Shown piece by piece: positions 50,707 through 63,688 of a stretch of 64,000 nucleotides of DNA. A model generated the notes under the pieces. The model was given only the letters and a program-made list of their open reading frames with translations. It did no database searches and had not been told where the DNA came from. Both the position numbers and the translations under genes were made by a program. The DNA is taken from assembly GCA_951406725.2 (NCBI GenBank), contig OX597815.1:183458001-183522000 (forward strand), in the 5' to 3' direction. Positions within the stretch are counted from its first letter, which is position 1. Each line of letters opens with the position of its first letter. The stretch is from Octopus vulgaris (lineage: Eukaryota).

Positions 50707-50721
50707 TAATAATATCTTACT

Positions 50722-51026
50722 TTACTTGCAACGATTACATTCACAGCTGCAGACATCAGGGTAATACATCACGGTTTCACTTTGCTGGGCTCCACACAGA
50801 GCAATAACTTCCTTAATTTTCGATGTTCTGCTCTGACAGCATAAGCATTGATTGTCAAAGATATCATTATAATTATAGAACTTTTGTTCTGTGAGAAGTT
50901 TCGGTACAGAATAGCTTCCACCACATTCACCAGAGCAATACGATACCTTCACTTTTTCAACAGAGCGGCAATTGCTTGTCTTGTTTTCCAGGAATATGAA
51001 TTTCGACTTCAATGCACATTGTATTT
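50722..51026 (-). CDS. Terminal exon: C-terminal cystine knot (CTCK)
   Basis: ctatttctttcag|AA...; encodes [42 protein letters not shown]...QCLCCQSR...LCG...[13 protein letters not shown]-stop (CxGxC, CxCC, CxCxxC motifs). Confidence 0.93.
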
Positions 51027-51883
51027 CTGAAAGAAATAGGATTTGGTTAGTTAAACTTTTTTCAGCTCATGGAACACCTGTTCTCTTTTATCTTTTACTT
51101 GTTTCAGTCATTAGATTGTGGCCATGCTGGAGCGCCACCTTGAAGAATTTTAGTTGAATAAATTGACATCAGTAGTTATCTTATTTTAAGCTTTACTCTA
51201 TCATTCCATTTTGCTGAGCTGCTAAGTTACAAAGAGGTAAACCCACAAACACAGGCAAAAAGACACACACACGCACACACACACACATAGCTGGGTGGAA
51301 GTGCTTATCTTCACTTGTAAACATAAGGACACAGGAAATGTGTCAAGGCCAACAGGAAGTGTTGCTGGTACCTAGGGCTAAATAGCAGTAGTATGATTCC
51401 CTTCATGGGACTGTCACATTAAGTTGACAGTATACAACTACTTTATTGTACCACTACTGCATAAATCTCTCTGAGATATTTAGAAATGTATTATTCATAT
51501 ATATATATATATATATATATAAAGGGTAAAGACCCCCTTCGGTCATGAATGACCATGGGATTGCACCTAGAAAGTTAACCTCCTAGACACAAGTCCGGGC
51601 AAGGTTGTTTATGGAAGACCAGCAGTCGCCCATGCATACCAGCCTCCCCTCTCCACGCCACCAGTGTTATCCAAGGGAAAGACAAAGGTCGATACAGCTT
51701 GGCACCAGTGATGTCGCAACTCATTTCTACAGCTGAGTGAACTGGAGCAACGTGAAATAAAGTGCCTTGCTCAAGAACACAACACGCAGCCCGGTCCGGG
51801 ATTCGAGCTCACAACCTCACGATCGTAAGCTCGACGCTCTAACCACTGAGCCATGCGCCTTCACAAACTAGCTGAAACAAAGG

Positions 51884-51965
<82 letters not shown>

Positions 51966-52640
51966 AACACACAATAGGCTTCTTTCAGTTTCCAGCCACC
52001 AAATCTACTCACAAGGTGCTGGTTGGCCCATGACTATAGCAGAAGACACTTGTCAAAGGTGCCACAGAGTCAGATTGAATCCAGAAGTAAACTTCTTGCC
52101 ACACAGTCATGAAATCATTGAAGAAATCTTGAAGAAAACCTATCACATTTTACTGAAATTTTTCAGATATCTCATACGTAAATATTATTTATATTTTCGG
52201 CATAAGAGTGTCTGTGTGGTAAGTAGCTTGCTTACAAACCACATGGTTCCAGGTTCAGTCCCACTGCATGGCACCTTGGGTAAGTATATTCTACTATAGT
52301 CTCAGGCTGACCAAAGCCTTGTAAGTGGATTTGGTAGAGAGAAACTGAAAGAAGCTCCTCATATATATGTATATAAATTAGAAAAAAACCACCTTTTATA
52401 GGTTTTTAATATTATTTTGCAATTTACTTAATCATCGGTATATTATTGTTATTTTAATTTTAATATTTCTATTATATGTAATTTTCTAGATGGTGTAATT
52501 TAATTGTTCATTTTGAATTGATAAAAGGTTTTTTTTAATAATTTCTATATATATATATATTATATTTTGTGAAATTTAATTTAGTATTTCTAAATTGAAT
52601 TTTTCCCTGTAAGTTAGAATAATATTCCCCCAAATAATTA

Positions 52641-52691
<51 letters not shown>

Positions 52692-55600
52692 GTATGTGTG
52701 TGTGTATGTTTGTGTTTGTCCCCTCAACATTGCAGAACGTACTGGGTGCTTTTCATGTAGCTCCAGCATGGCTGCTTTTACGTGCCTTTGTTTCAGTTAA
52801 TTTTGAAAATTACAAAAAAGTTTGTAAAGTAACTTCCATTATTAACCCAGTTTTTGGAACATGAATTAGCAAGAAATTTTCATGGAAACTTTTAATTTCG
52901 ACCACTTTAAAACAGGAAGTGAGTAACATAGAAATAAAGGTAGGCTTGGGCAGAATCTTGGTATAAAAAGGGTTAATTTGTGTAATGGAATTATTTGGAA
53001 GAATGTGCTGAGTTGCATTTTGTGTGGCTCTTGTATGATGTATTGATTTCAGAGTTATAGTAAAGCTTTGGTATCACTACTACAGCTTGACATTATATCA
53101 TCATCATCATTGTTTAACGACCGTTTTCCATGCTAGCATGGGTTGGACGGTTCGACCGGGGTCTGGGAAGCCAGGAGGCTGTACTAGGCTCCAGTCTGAT
53201 CTGGCAGTGTTTCTACAGCTGGATGCCCTTTCTAATGCCAACCACTCCGTGAGTGTAGTGGGTGCTTTTTTACATGCCACCGGCACAGGTGCCAGAGGAG
53301 GCTGGCAGCGGCTATGATCGGTTGGTGCTTTTTACGGGCCATCAGCACAGAAGCCAGTCAAGGCGGTGTTGGCATCGTCCACGTTTGGATGGTGCTTTTT
53401 ACGTGCCACCGGCATAGGTATCACAACTACAATTTCCATTTGATATTTATTTTGATGTTGATGTACTTGACTCAATAGGTTTCCTAAGAGATTTTTTTTA
53501 TTACTGAAGATGTGCTTTTATAGACAGCCATATTTTCTGCCTGATGCTGTCTACAATGAAGTGTCAAAAGTTTGTGGCACTTAGCACTGTGGCCACTGGA
53601 GATATGTCTGTGAACAGGTTTTGGGAGTGCAACAAAGCTTGTTAACACTTCATAGTAGACAGTACTTGCTAGAAATAAATTAAAAGTGAAAGTAACAGAT
53701 TTTGAGTGTTCTTGCTTTTGTAATGGAAGTTATCTCTGCAAAAGTGGAGGCGCAATGGCCCAGTGGTTAGGGCAGCGGACTCGCGGTCGTAGGATCGCGG
53801 TTTCGATTCCCAGACCGGGCGTTGTGAGTGTTTATTGAGCGAAAACACCTAAAAGCTCCACGAGGCTCCGGCAGGGATGGTGGTGATCCCTGCTGTACTC
53901 TTTCACCACAACTTTCTCTCACTCTTACTTCCTGTTTCTGTTGTACCTGTATTTCAAAGGGCCGGCCTTGTCACTCTCTGTGTCACGCTGAATATCCCCG
54001 AGAACTACGTTAAGGGTACACGTGTCTGTGGAGTGCTCAGCCACTTACACGTTAATTTCACGAGCAGGCTGTTCCATTGATCGGATCAACCGGAACCCTC
54101 ATCGTCGTAACCGACGGAGTGCTTCCATCATCTCTGCAAAAGTTACCTGGTAAATAGTAGATGGAATCTAAATAAGACCAATGCCTATCAGCTGATTGTC
54201 ATCTGACATATAAACTTAATGCAATAAATGATTTTGTGAACCATAGGAGCTCTCAGGGTCATTACTTAAAACTTTCCCAATATAATATGCTAGAGTACGA
54301 GTAATAAACTTGGATAATACAATTAGAGTGATAGTAATGTTCTCAAGTAATCTGTCTCTTATCCCTCATTAATCCTCATAGTTAATCTAAAGCAAACGAT
54401 AATATGTGTCCCATACAGAGAGTTAAACATTTATCTGTAGTGCAAGTTAATATTTTCACACCTGCTTGAATGCCTCCACCACACCTGTGGTAAATGAAAT
54501 GCAGAAACAATTTGAAAATGCTAATGTGAAATTTGTAAAATGCATAATTCATTATGAAAAGTTTTTGAATAAAATTTCTCTATTTACCTTCTTTCTTTCG
54601 ACAAACTGGACAACAAGGATCAGTCTCCAAGTAAAATAAGGTTTCATCCTACAATGTCATAAAAATGGAATGTGATTAAATAAATGTTTTAATTATTGAT
54701 TTCTAACATAATTTCCATAGGAGATGCCTTGCTTGTGTCTCCAACAATAAAGGAAGAAAATTTACAAGTCTTCTCATCTTGGTTGATTAAAGTTACATTG
54801 TAACAATATAAATTCTGTAGCAGACTTTGAACCTGTGAGAACTGCTTAAAAATATTTCATTTGATTCACTAAGAAATTATGGAATACTTAAATGTATCAA
54901 AGGAAAGTATAACTATTGTTAGGGATTATCAAGTCATAGTGTGTCACATGTAAAAACATTCGAGCGAGGTCGTTGCCAGTACCGCCTGACAGGCCCCTGT
55001 GCAGGTGGCACGTAAAAAGCACCCACTACACTCTTGGAGTGGTTGGTGTTAGGAAGGACATCCAGCTGTAGAAACTCTGCCAGATCAAGATTGGAGCCTG
55101 GTGCAGCCATCTGGTTCACCAGTCCTCAGTCAAAATCGTCCAACCGATGCTAGCATGGAAAATGGACGTTAAATGATGATGATGATGATGAGTGTTAGCC
55201 TTAGTAAAATGTTTAGAAGAAAATTTATAATTAAAGCTGTCAACAGTATAACGGTTTAGCTAACTCACCACCTTCACAAATACACACACATAGTGTCATC
55301 AGTTTTAATAAGTGCATTGTTCTTTCCGGGCATGAGTTGGACAAAACAAGTTAAAGCAGTATTTTGTGGACAAAAGCCAATCCTGCTGCCAGTCTTAACT
55401 TGTTTCTAAGTAAGGTGCTTTATCTCCTGGACTTTCACCTGACAAACCACACAATGGTGGGACATGTTTTTTAAAGCAGGTGTAAACAATAATGCTTCTT
55501 CAGAAATAGTGATATTATTTAAAGCTAAAGTGGTATTTTATCTGCTGCTGTGTTCTGAGTTCAAATTCTGCCGAGGTTGACTTTGCCTTTCATCCTTTCT

Positions 55601-58600
55601 GGGTTCATAAAATAAGTACCAGTTGAACACTAGGGTCAATGTATTCGACTCATCCCCACCTTCCCCAAGCTGCCCTTGTGGTAACACTTTGAAATAATAA
55701 TTATTATTATCATTATTAAGGTGGCGAGCTGGCAGAAATGTTAGCACACTGGGCAAAATGCTTAGCAGTATATCGTCTGTCTTTACATTCTGAGTTCAAA
55801 TTCCACTGAGGTCAACTTTGCCTTTCATCCATTAGGGGTCAATAAATTAAGTACCAGTTGCATACTGGGGTTGATCTAATTGACTGGCCGCCACTCCTGA
55901 AAAAAGTTTTGGGCCTTGTGCCTAGAGAACAAAAAAGAATCGTTAGCACACCTGGTGAAATGCTTAGCGGTATTTTGTCTGCCACTAGGTTTTGAGTTCA
56001 AATTCTGCCGAGGTTGACTTTAACTTTCATCCTTTTAGGTTTGATAAATTAAGTACTGGTCGAGTACTGGAAGGGAGGGGGGTGATGTAATCAACTTACC
56101 CTCTCCCCCAAAATTTCAAGCCTTGTGCCCAGGCTTTTTATTTTAAGCCTGTTTTGGTATTTATTCTATTGTATCTGTTGCCTAACTGCTAAGTTACAGG
56201 GACCTAAACACACTGAGACAAATAATCAAGCAGGTGGGTGGGTGGGTAAATACAAACAGAAAGATGGACACACACACACACAGACACACACACACACCCA
56301 CCCACAGACTCACTCACACACTCACCCACACACACACATTTTATTTTATTCTTTTATTTGTTTCAGTCATTTGACTGTGGCCATGCTGGAGTACTGCCTT
56401 AAATATGACGGGCTTCTTTCAGTTTCTGCCTATCAAATCTACTCACGTGGCTTTGGTCAGCCTGAGGCCATAGTAGAAGACACTTGCAAAATATTCCATG
56501 TAGTGGTGTTGAAACCAGAACCATGTGGTTGGAAAACAAACTTCTTACCACACAGCCACGCTGGCACCTACACATACTACAAACACACACCCATTCACAC
56601 ACACCTCACATACATAGAGAGATAGTTATGGATCCACAAGAAACTTGTCTCCAGAACCACACAGCAAGATTGAACCCAAAACCATGTCATCATAGATATA
56701 ACTCCGCAGCTGCACTTGCAAAAAGTTTTAAGAAGATGTAAGAGTGGTTGTGTGATACGTAGCTTTCTTACAAACCACATGGTTCTAGGTTCAATCCCAT
56801 TGTGTGGCACCTTGGGCAAGTGTCTTCTACTATAGCCTTGGGCCGACCAAAGCCTTGTGAGTGGATTTGATAGACGGAAACTGAAAGAAGCCCATTGTAT
56901 ATATGTATGTATGTGTATGTGTTTGTGTGTCAGTGTTTGTTCCCCCACAACATTGCTTGACAACTGATGCTGGTGTGTTTATATCTTTGTAACTTATATA
57001 TATATATGTATGTATGTATATGTTTGTGTGTCTGTGTTTGTCCCCCTACCATTGCTTGACAACCGATGGTGGTGTGTTTACGTCCCGTAACTTAGCGGTT
57101 CAGCAAAAGAGACTGATAGAATAAGTACTAGGTTTACAACGAATAAGTCCTGGGGTCGATTTGCTTGACAAAAGATGGTGCTCCAGCATGGCCACAGTCA
57201 AATGATTGAAACAAGTTAAAGAAATAAAAAAGAGAAAAAGATTTAAGTAATCAGTTATAAACTTACCTTTTTACACGAAGGTGATTTACAAATTGGGTGA
57301 CATCTTGTTTTACCTGCAATGCATTCGCATTTGGAACAATTGTTTTTAGGGTTAGTCCACATTTCATTCTCCTGAGAAAGAAACAACATTGAGTTACAAA
57401 AACTTGAGTCACATAATTATTAACAGAATTTAGTATCAGTCACATTGCATAGCTTTAGAATAGACTGCAAAATTATTTCTTTGCGATACTATAAAATTAT
57501 GTTTGTTCCTTCTCGAGCCAAGCCTGGCTCATAAGGGCCGGTTTCCGGGTTTCCTTGGTGCATAGGATCCCCACCTAGATGGGACACTGATCCATTGCAG
57601 GTGAGCTGCAAGATGCAGGAGGAAAGAGTGAGAGAAAGTTGTGGCGAAAGAGTCAGCAGAAGAGTCAGAGTCCTTCTGCCGGAGCTGCATGGAGCTTAGG
57701 TGTTTCACTCATAAACACACACATTGCCCGGTCTGAGATTCAAACCCGCGATCCCTCGACCGTGAGTCTGCTGCTCTAACCACTAGGACATGTGTCTCTA
57801 CACTATAAAATTAGATTATGGTAAATTCTAAAATTGGAAAAGAAAGCTTCGTTAATTTAACAGAACAAATATACTAATGGGTTTCCTAATTAGTTTATCT
57901 GTCCTTCTCAAAGATATATTCATAAACGTAAAATGTATAATTAGCTAAATTATCAAAATCTGAATTTTTTTTTCAATTTTTTATTTTCATCAATCAGTTA
58001 TTTGGAAAGCTAAAATTAAAAGAAAATGTGTTAAAAGCTATGATAACTTTAAGCAAATACAAAATAAATTAACCTAATTTAGACTTACCTGTTTTATTAA
58101 ACCACCAACATAACAAAATACACTGCAATCTTTTCTTGGAACACATTTGCCTCTTAAGTCTCTAAAAAAGTTCTTTTTGCATTTACAGCCTTTCTGTGGT
58201 GCCTTACATAAGGAATTATTCATAGGTCCGAAAATATTGTTGCATGTGTTATCGCATACGGGCTCAGTTGACCATATTTCTCCTTTGCCACATGCTGAAA
58301 TTCAGTATATATATTACAGAGGTAAAATATCTCTTGAAACATATCACGTAACATAATAATGAAATAAAAAGAAAACAGTTATCATCATCATCATCATCGT
58401 TTAACATCTGCTTTCCATTCTGGTATGGGTTGGACAGTTTGACTGGGGGCTGGCAAACCAGAAGGTTACACCAGGCTCCAATCTGATTTGGCAAGGTTTC
58501 TACAGCTGGGTGCTCTTCCTAATGCCAATCACTCCGAGAGTGTAGTGGGTGCTTTTTACATGCCACTGGCATGGATGCTTTTTACATGCCACTGGCATGG

Positions 58601-60296
58601 GTGCCTGTCATGTGGCACTGGCATCGGCCACACTCAAATGGTGCTTTTTATGTGCCACCGGCATGGGTGTCAGTCAGGTGGCTCTGGCATCAGCTACACC
58701 CAAATAGTGCTTTTTATGTGCCACCAGCACAGGTGTCAGTCAGGTGGCTCTGGCATTGGCCACACTCAAATGGTGCTTTTTATGTGTCACCGGCACGGGT
58801 GCCAGTCAGGTGACTCTGGCATCAGTCATACTCAAATGGTGCTTTTTATGTGCCAATGGTATGGGTGCCAGTTAGGTGGCACTGGCATTGGCCACACTGG
58901 TGGTACTGGCAACAGCCATGCCCAAATGATGCTTTTTACGTGCCACCTGCACTGGCGATGATCTCGCTTGAATGTTTCACATGCCACCAGCACAAGTGCT
59001 AGTAAGGCGACGCGGTAACGATCACGCTCGAATGGTGTGCTTAACGTGCCATCGGCACGAAGGCCAGCTTGTTGCTCTGGCAAGGATCTCACTCATATGG
59101 CACCCTTAGTGCTCCGTAACACAACAACTTAGTGGTTGGGGTTCAGCCCATGGTTGTAAGGTGTGAGTTTTATTTCTGGCATTGTGTCCTTGAGCAAGAC
59201 ACTCTATTTCACGTTGTCCCAATCTATTCTGCTAGCAAAAATGAGTCATACCTGTAATTCAAATGGCCAGCCTTGTGGCATTCTGTATGGTGCTGAATCT
59301 CTCTGAAAACTACACAGGTCTGTGGAGTCCTCAGCCACTTGCCCGTTAATTTCACAAGCAGGCTGTTCCACTGATCGGATCAACTGGAACTCTTCTTGTT
59401 GTAACTAATGGAGTGACATGTTTGTGGTGTTATGGGCTGTGATGGAGCTAGGTGGTGTAGGTGGAGGGGATTGCAGATGAGGTGGACGGAAGTGAGGATT
59501 ACAGGGGCCAGTGAGACAGGCAGAGGGCATGCATGGGCAGGAAGCACGTGTCATCAGTTCGAGCAGAGACGGCAGCGAAACAAGACGTGTTTAATTCGTG
59601 AGGGTGACCGCTGATTCCGCCTAGGTCAACAGGGAGTTGGACAATTCAAGAGGAACCAATTAGCCAGATGAAAGCTCTGATCTCCAATGTCTGTTTTGTA
59701 ATGGTAGCCACAGCTGGATGTCCTTCCTAATGCTAGCCATTTTACTAGGAGCACAAGGTTCATTTCCCCCCCTTTTTAACAGTTTAGAGAAATTGAGATG
59801 AATATTTACTTACTGCATTTTTTGGCCAGTTTGCATTCTCTTACTTCCGTTTGAGTCTTGCAGACAGATCTATTTCTTCGTCTCCTGGAAACTCTAAAAG
59901 TTCTTTTGCTGACACCTTTGTTACACTGACCCACACAAGGTGACCATCTTGTCCATTTACCACATCTCACTGGAGTGAAAGAAACAGATTCATGAGAAAA
60001 AGTATAAAACAGTTTAACAAGTTGCTTTTGTTTTGAGAAGATCTGTTCAGTATAAAATTTTGAACAAATGACACAAAGCTAATATGATGTTTGAGAAACA
60101 TTTCTCAGTCAAACTTAGTTACTTAGGTGTAGGAGTGGCTGTATTGTAAGTAGCTTGCTTACGAACCACATGGTTCTGGGTTCAGTCCCACTGTGTGACA
60201 CCTTGGGCAAGTGTCTTCTACTATAGCCTCGGGCCGACCAAAGCCTTGTGAGTGGATTTGGTAGACAGAAACTGAAAGAAGCCCGTCGTATATATG

Positions 60297-60355
<59 letters not shown>

Positions 60356-61126
60356 GCGTGTGTGTATACGTTTGTGTGTCTGTGTTTGCCCCAATAACAT
60401 TGCTTGATAATCGATGCTGGTGTGTTTACGACTCCGTAACTTAGTGGTTCGGCAAAAGAGACCAATAGATAAGTACTAGGCTTACAAAGAATAAGTCCTG
60501 GGGTCGATTTGCTTGACTAAAGGCTATGCTCCAGCATGGCCACAGTCAAATGACTGAAACAAGTAAAAGAGTAAAAGAGTAGTTAGTTTATAACCATTTG
60601 TCATCAAGTAGGGTATAAATCAGTGGTTCTCGATGTGGGCAGTACTACTCCTTAGGGGATGGAGGGAAATTAAATATAGATGCTGAAGTCAAAGAGGAGC
60701 ACTGAGACAGTGGGAAACGGGGCATGAGGGATACTTCTCAACAGTTTATTTTTTGTCTTCATCTCTTATTTAAATACAGTAGACCCTGCTTTATAAATCC
60801 ATCTTGGACCACCTATTTTGGATTTATTAAATGAGGGATTTATTAACAGCGGGGAACAAAATTTGTTGATTGACTAAACATTACTTACTTTTTACTTTTT
60901 TTAATTTTTACTGGTTTCAGTCATTTGACTGTGGCCATGCTGGAGCACCACCTTTAGTCGAGCAAATCGACTCCAGGACTTGTTCTTTGTAAGCCTAGTA
61001 CTTATTCTATCAGACCTTTTTGCCAAACTGCTAAGTTACGGGGACGTAAACACACCAGCATCGGTTGTCAAGATATGTTGGGGGGGACTAACACAGACAC
61101 ACAAACATATACACACACATACATAC

Positions 61127-61198
<72 letters not shown>

Positions 61199-62124
61199 AT
61201 ATATTGATCTATTTTGGGATGATGGAGTGTACCACATGACAGCTGGCTGGCTGTGGTTGCTGGAGCCTACCTGTCAGTATTTAATGTGAACCCCCCCCCC
61301 CCCACAAAAACCACTTGATTCATTCACTGCCACATGTTGAAACTTTAGGAAGAAGCAGCAACAGTTGGATTTATTAAGTGAGAGAGTTTTGATACGTTAA
61401 GTGGGTAGATTTATTATCAATGGATTAATAAAGCGGGATCTACTGTATTAACTTTTGTAAATGTGTTAAATGCTGTTTGACAATAATTTGTTTGTTAAAT
61501 GCAATTACTATAACAGTATTAGCAATAATAACGAAGCATTAGCAAGAATAATTAATGCTAAATATGAGTAAATAAATAAATAAATAAATAAATGAAACTG
61601 GTTATAAACTACTTGTGCTTATAGTATTTGCTTACAGCAAGGTGGTGGTTTGGTAAGTCCCTCACCTCAAACTTGTGTCCTGAGTATTTTGTCCCTTCTA
61701 TGTTTAGCCCTGCATGGCCAATAAAGGAGTGGCTGTGTGGTAAGTAGCTTGCTAACCAACCACATGGTTCCAGGTTCAGTCCCACTGCGTGGCATCTTGG
61801 GCAAGTGTCTTCTGTTATAGCCCCGGGCCGACCAATGCCTTGTGAGTGGATTTGGTAGACCGAAGCTGAAAGAAGCCTGTCATATATGTTTTTGTTTTTG
61901 TTTTTGTTTTTCCAGTTTCAGCTCTTGAGCTGTGGCCATGCTGGGGCACCGCCATTGTGGTGAAAGAGTACAGCAGGGATCACCACCCCCTGCCGGAGCC
62001 TCGTAGAGCTTTTAGGTGTTTTCGCTCAATAAACACACACAACGCCGGTCTGAGAATCGAAACCGCAATCCTGCGACCGCGAGTCCGCTGCCCTAACCAC
62101 TAGGCCATTGCGCCTCTACATATG

Positions 62125-62185
<61 letters not shown>

Positions 62186-63056
62186 ATGTGTGTGTGTCTG
62201 TGTTTGTCCCCCTAGCATTGATGACAACCGATGCTGGTGTGTTTACGTCCCTGTCACTTAGCGGTTCAGCAAAAGAGACCGATAGAATAAGTACTGGGCT
62301 TACAAAGAATAAGTCCCGGGGCCGATTTGCTCAACTAAAGGCGGTGCTCCAGCATGGCCACAGTCAAATGACTGAAACAAGTAAAAGAGGAAAAGAGTAT
62401 ATGTGTAGAGGCGCAATGGTCCAGTGGTTAGGGCAGCGGACTTGTGGTCGTAGGATCGCGGTTTCGATTCCCAGACCGAGCGTTGTGAGTGTTTATTGAG
62501 CAAAAACACCTAAAGCTCAACGAGGCTCTGGCAGGGGGTGGTGGCGAACCCTGCTGTACTCTTTTGCCACAACTTTCTCTCATTCTTTCTTCTGTTGGCT
62601 TGCTCGCTTAGCCAGCGGGGTGGCGTCATTTGAAGGCTAAAAACAATGTGAAGCACATTGTGACCAGCGATGTGTAGCAACATCTGATAGACTGGTTGGT
62701 CACGGTGATCACGGTGATATTTATATATGTAGAGAATGTGTTGTATTGCACCTTTGACGTACGATATGATGGAATGATAATAATAATGTCCTTGCAAATT
62801 GTTCTACTCAAGATACTGGTAATAACCCTTGACAGTATGCAACTCTCAACTTTACTCTGCTCTGAAGGCTGTCTGTGCATGTCCATTTCTATTGTGGCAC
62901 AGTCCATTAGGAGCCAACCAATAGGGGTGTTCTTCTTCCACACAACAGAATGATAGGTAGATAGGTAGTAGATAGATAGTTAGCTAGCTAGATAGATAGA
63001 CAGATACCTAGACAGATAGACAGACAGATAGATAGAAAGATATCTAGACAGATACC

Positions 63057-63120
<64 letters not shown>

Positions 63121-63172
63121 AAGACAGATACCTAGATATATAAATAGATAGATAGATAGACAGACAGATACC

Positions 63173-63243
<71 letters not shown>

Positions 63244-63688
63244 GCAGAAAAATAACTTGCTACTTAGATAGGTAGACAGACAGATACATAGATAGATAGA
63301 CACATAGAAAGCTAGCTAGCTAGATAGATAGACTGATAGCTATAGATGTAGAATTTGAAGTTTATAGCATTTATTTCTAGGCAGTGTTTCAGACCTTTTC
63401 ATTATTGAGTGATTGCTCTTGTTTTCATTTCTCTAGAAAATCTTAAAATACACTTCAAAATAACTGATCTTGGAAAATTAGCAAAATATATATTTTTTGA
63501 TATATTATTAAAAAATCGTGGCTTTTAGATAATACCTCTGCAAGGCCGTATTCGACAAGTTTTTGTTCTAGTCTCAATATCTAATTTGCAAGATGAATCC
63601 TTGGTTTTCTTTCGTTCACTGATCCGAAAACCTTTACCACATGGCTTGCTGCATGTTGACCACATTGACCATTCTTCATAAATACAGC
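50722..63688 (-). CDS. SSPO: 3' part (last 6 exons) of a SCO-spondin-like / mucin-vWF-family secreted protein: TSP1-TSP1-TIL-VWC-CTCK; 5' part lies beyond the window
   Basis: Six exons with canonical AG/GT boundaries and matching phases (1,1,1,0,0,1) join into one ORF ending in TAA at 50722-50724. The domain order TSP1, TSP1, TIL, VWC, C-terminal cystine knot is characteristic of SCO-spondin. Strict orthology is not proven. Confidence 0.85.
51522..51865 (-). mobile_element. SINE family E (tRNA-derived, CORE-like domain)
   Basis: Head ggcgcatggctcagtggttagagc...gagctcgaatccc then ttgtgttcttgagcaaggcacttta. Confidence 0.85.
53746..54129 (+). mobile_element. SINE family C, young copy
   Basis: 14-bp TSD atctctgcaaaagt (53732-53745 / 54130-54143). 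Confidence 0.92.
54588..54648 (-). CDS. Exon: end of VWC domain (CCPxC)
   Basis: cattgtag|GAT...G|gtaaat; encodes [20 protein letters not shown]; 61 bp, phase 0-1. Confidence 0.9.
57267..57371 (-). CDS. Exon: von Willebrand factor C domain (middle)
   Basis: tttctttctcag|GAG...AAG|gtaagt; encodes [35 protein letters not shown] (W...CxxCxC); 105 bp, phase 0-0. Confidence 0.92.
58089..58294 (-). CDS. Exon: TIL (trypsin inhibitor-like Cys-rich) domain plus start of VWC
   Basis: gaatttcag|CA...CAG|gtaagt; encodes [69 protein letters not shown]; 206 bp, phase 1-0. Confidence 0.92.
58381..59095 (-). mobile_element. Repeat family D with expanded ~66-bp internal tandem array
   Basis: About 5 units of gcat.ggccacactcaaatggtgctttttatgtgccaccggca...cagtcaggtggctctg. 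Confidence 0.75.
59814..59969 (-). CDS. Exon: thrombospondin type-1 repeat
   Basis: tttctttcactccag|TG...A|gtaagt; encodes [52 protein letters not shown]; 156 bp, phase 1-1; not in the ORF track. Confidence 0.92.
60124..60580 (+). mobile_element. SINE family A (intronic)
   Basis: Full-length copy. Confidence 0.9.
60777..61445. mobile_element. pogo/Tigger-like MITE with a nested inverted family A SINE fragment
   Basis: TA|cagtagaccctgctttataaatccat ... atggattaataaagcgggatctactg|TA. Confidence 0.8.
62408..62717 (+). mobile_element. SINE family C variant
   Basis: Head gaggcgcaatggtccagtggttagggc. Confidence 0.85.
62950..63350. repeat. (GATA)n/(GACA)n microsatellite
   Basis: Direct reading. 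Confidence 0.95.
63536..63688 (-). CDS. Exon: thrombospondin type-1 repeat
   Basis: ttctccgtgttacag|GC...AG|gtatt; encodes [50 protein letters not shown] (WxxW, CSxxCG motifs); 153 bp, phase 1-1. Confidence 0.93.

Noticed and set aside
53746-53820. tRNA-like sequences at SINE heads (also 11435-11509, 51790-51862)
   Set aside because: They continue into SINE bodies, several with TSDs, and lack a proper acceptor stem; not tRNA genes
58488-58961. 157-aa Cys/His/Gly repeat ORF resembling a metal-binding protein
   Set aside because: Arises from the 66-bp tandem unit of repeat family D, antisense within an intron
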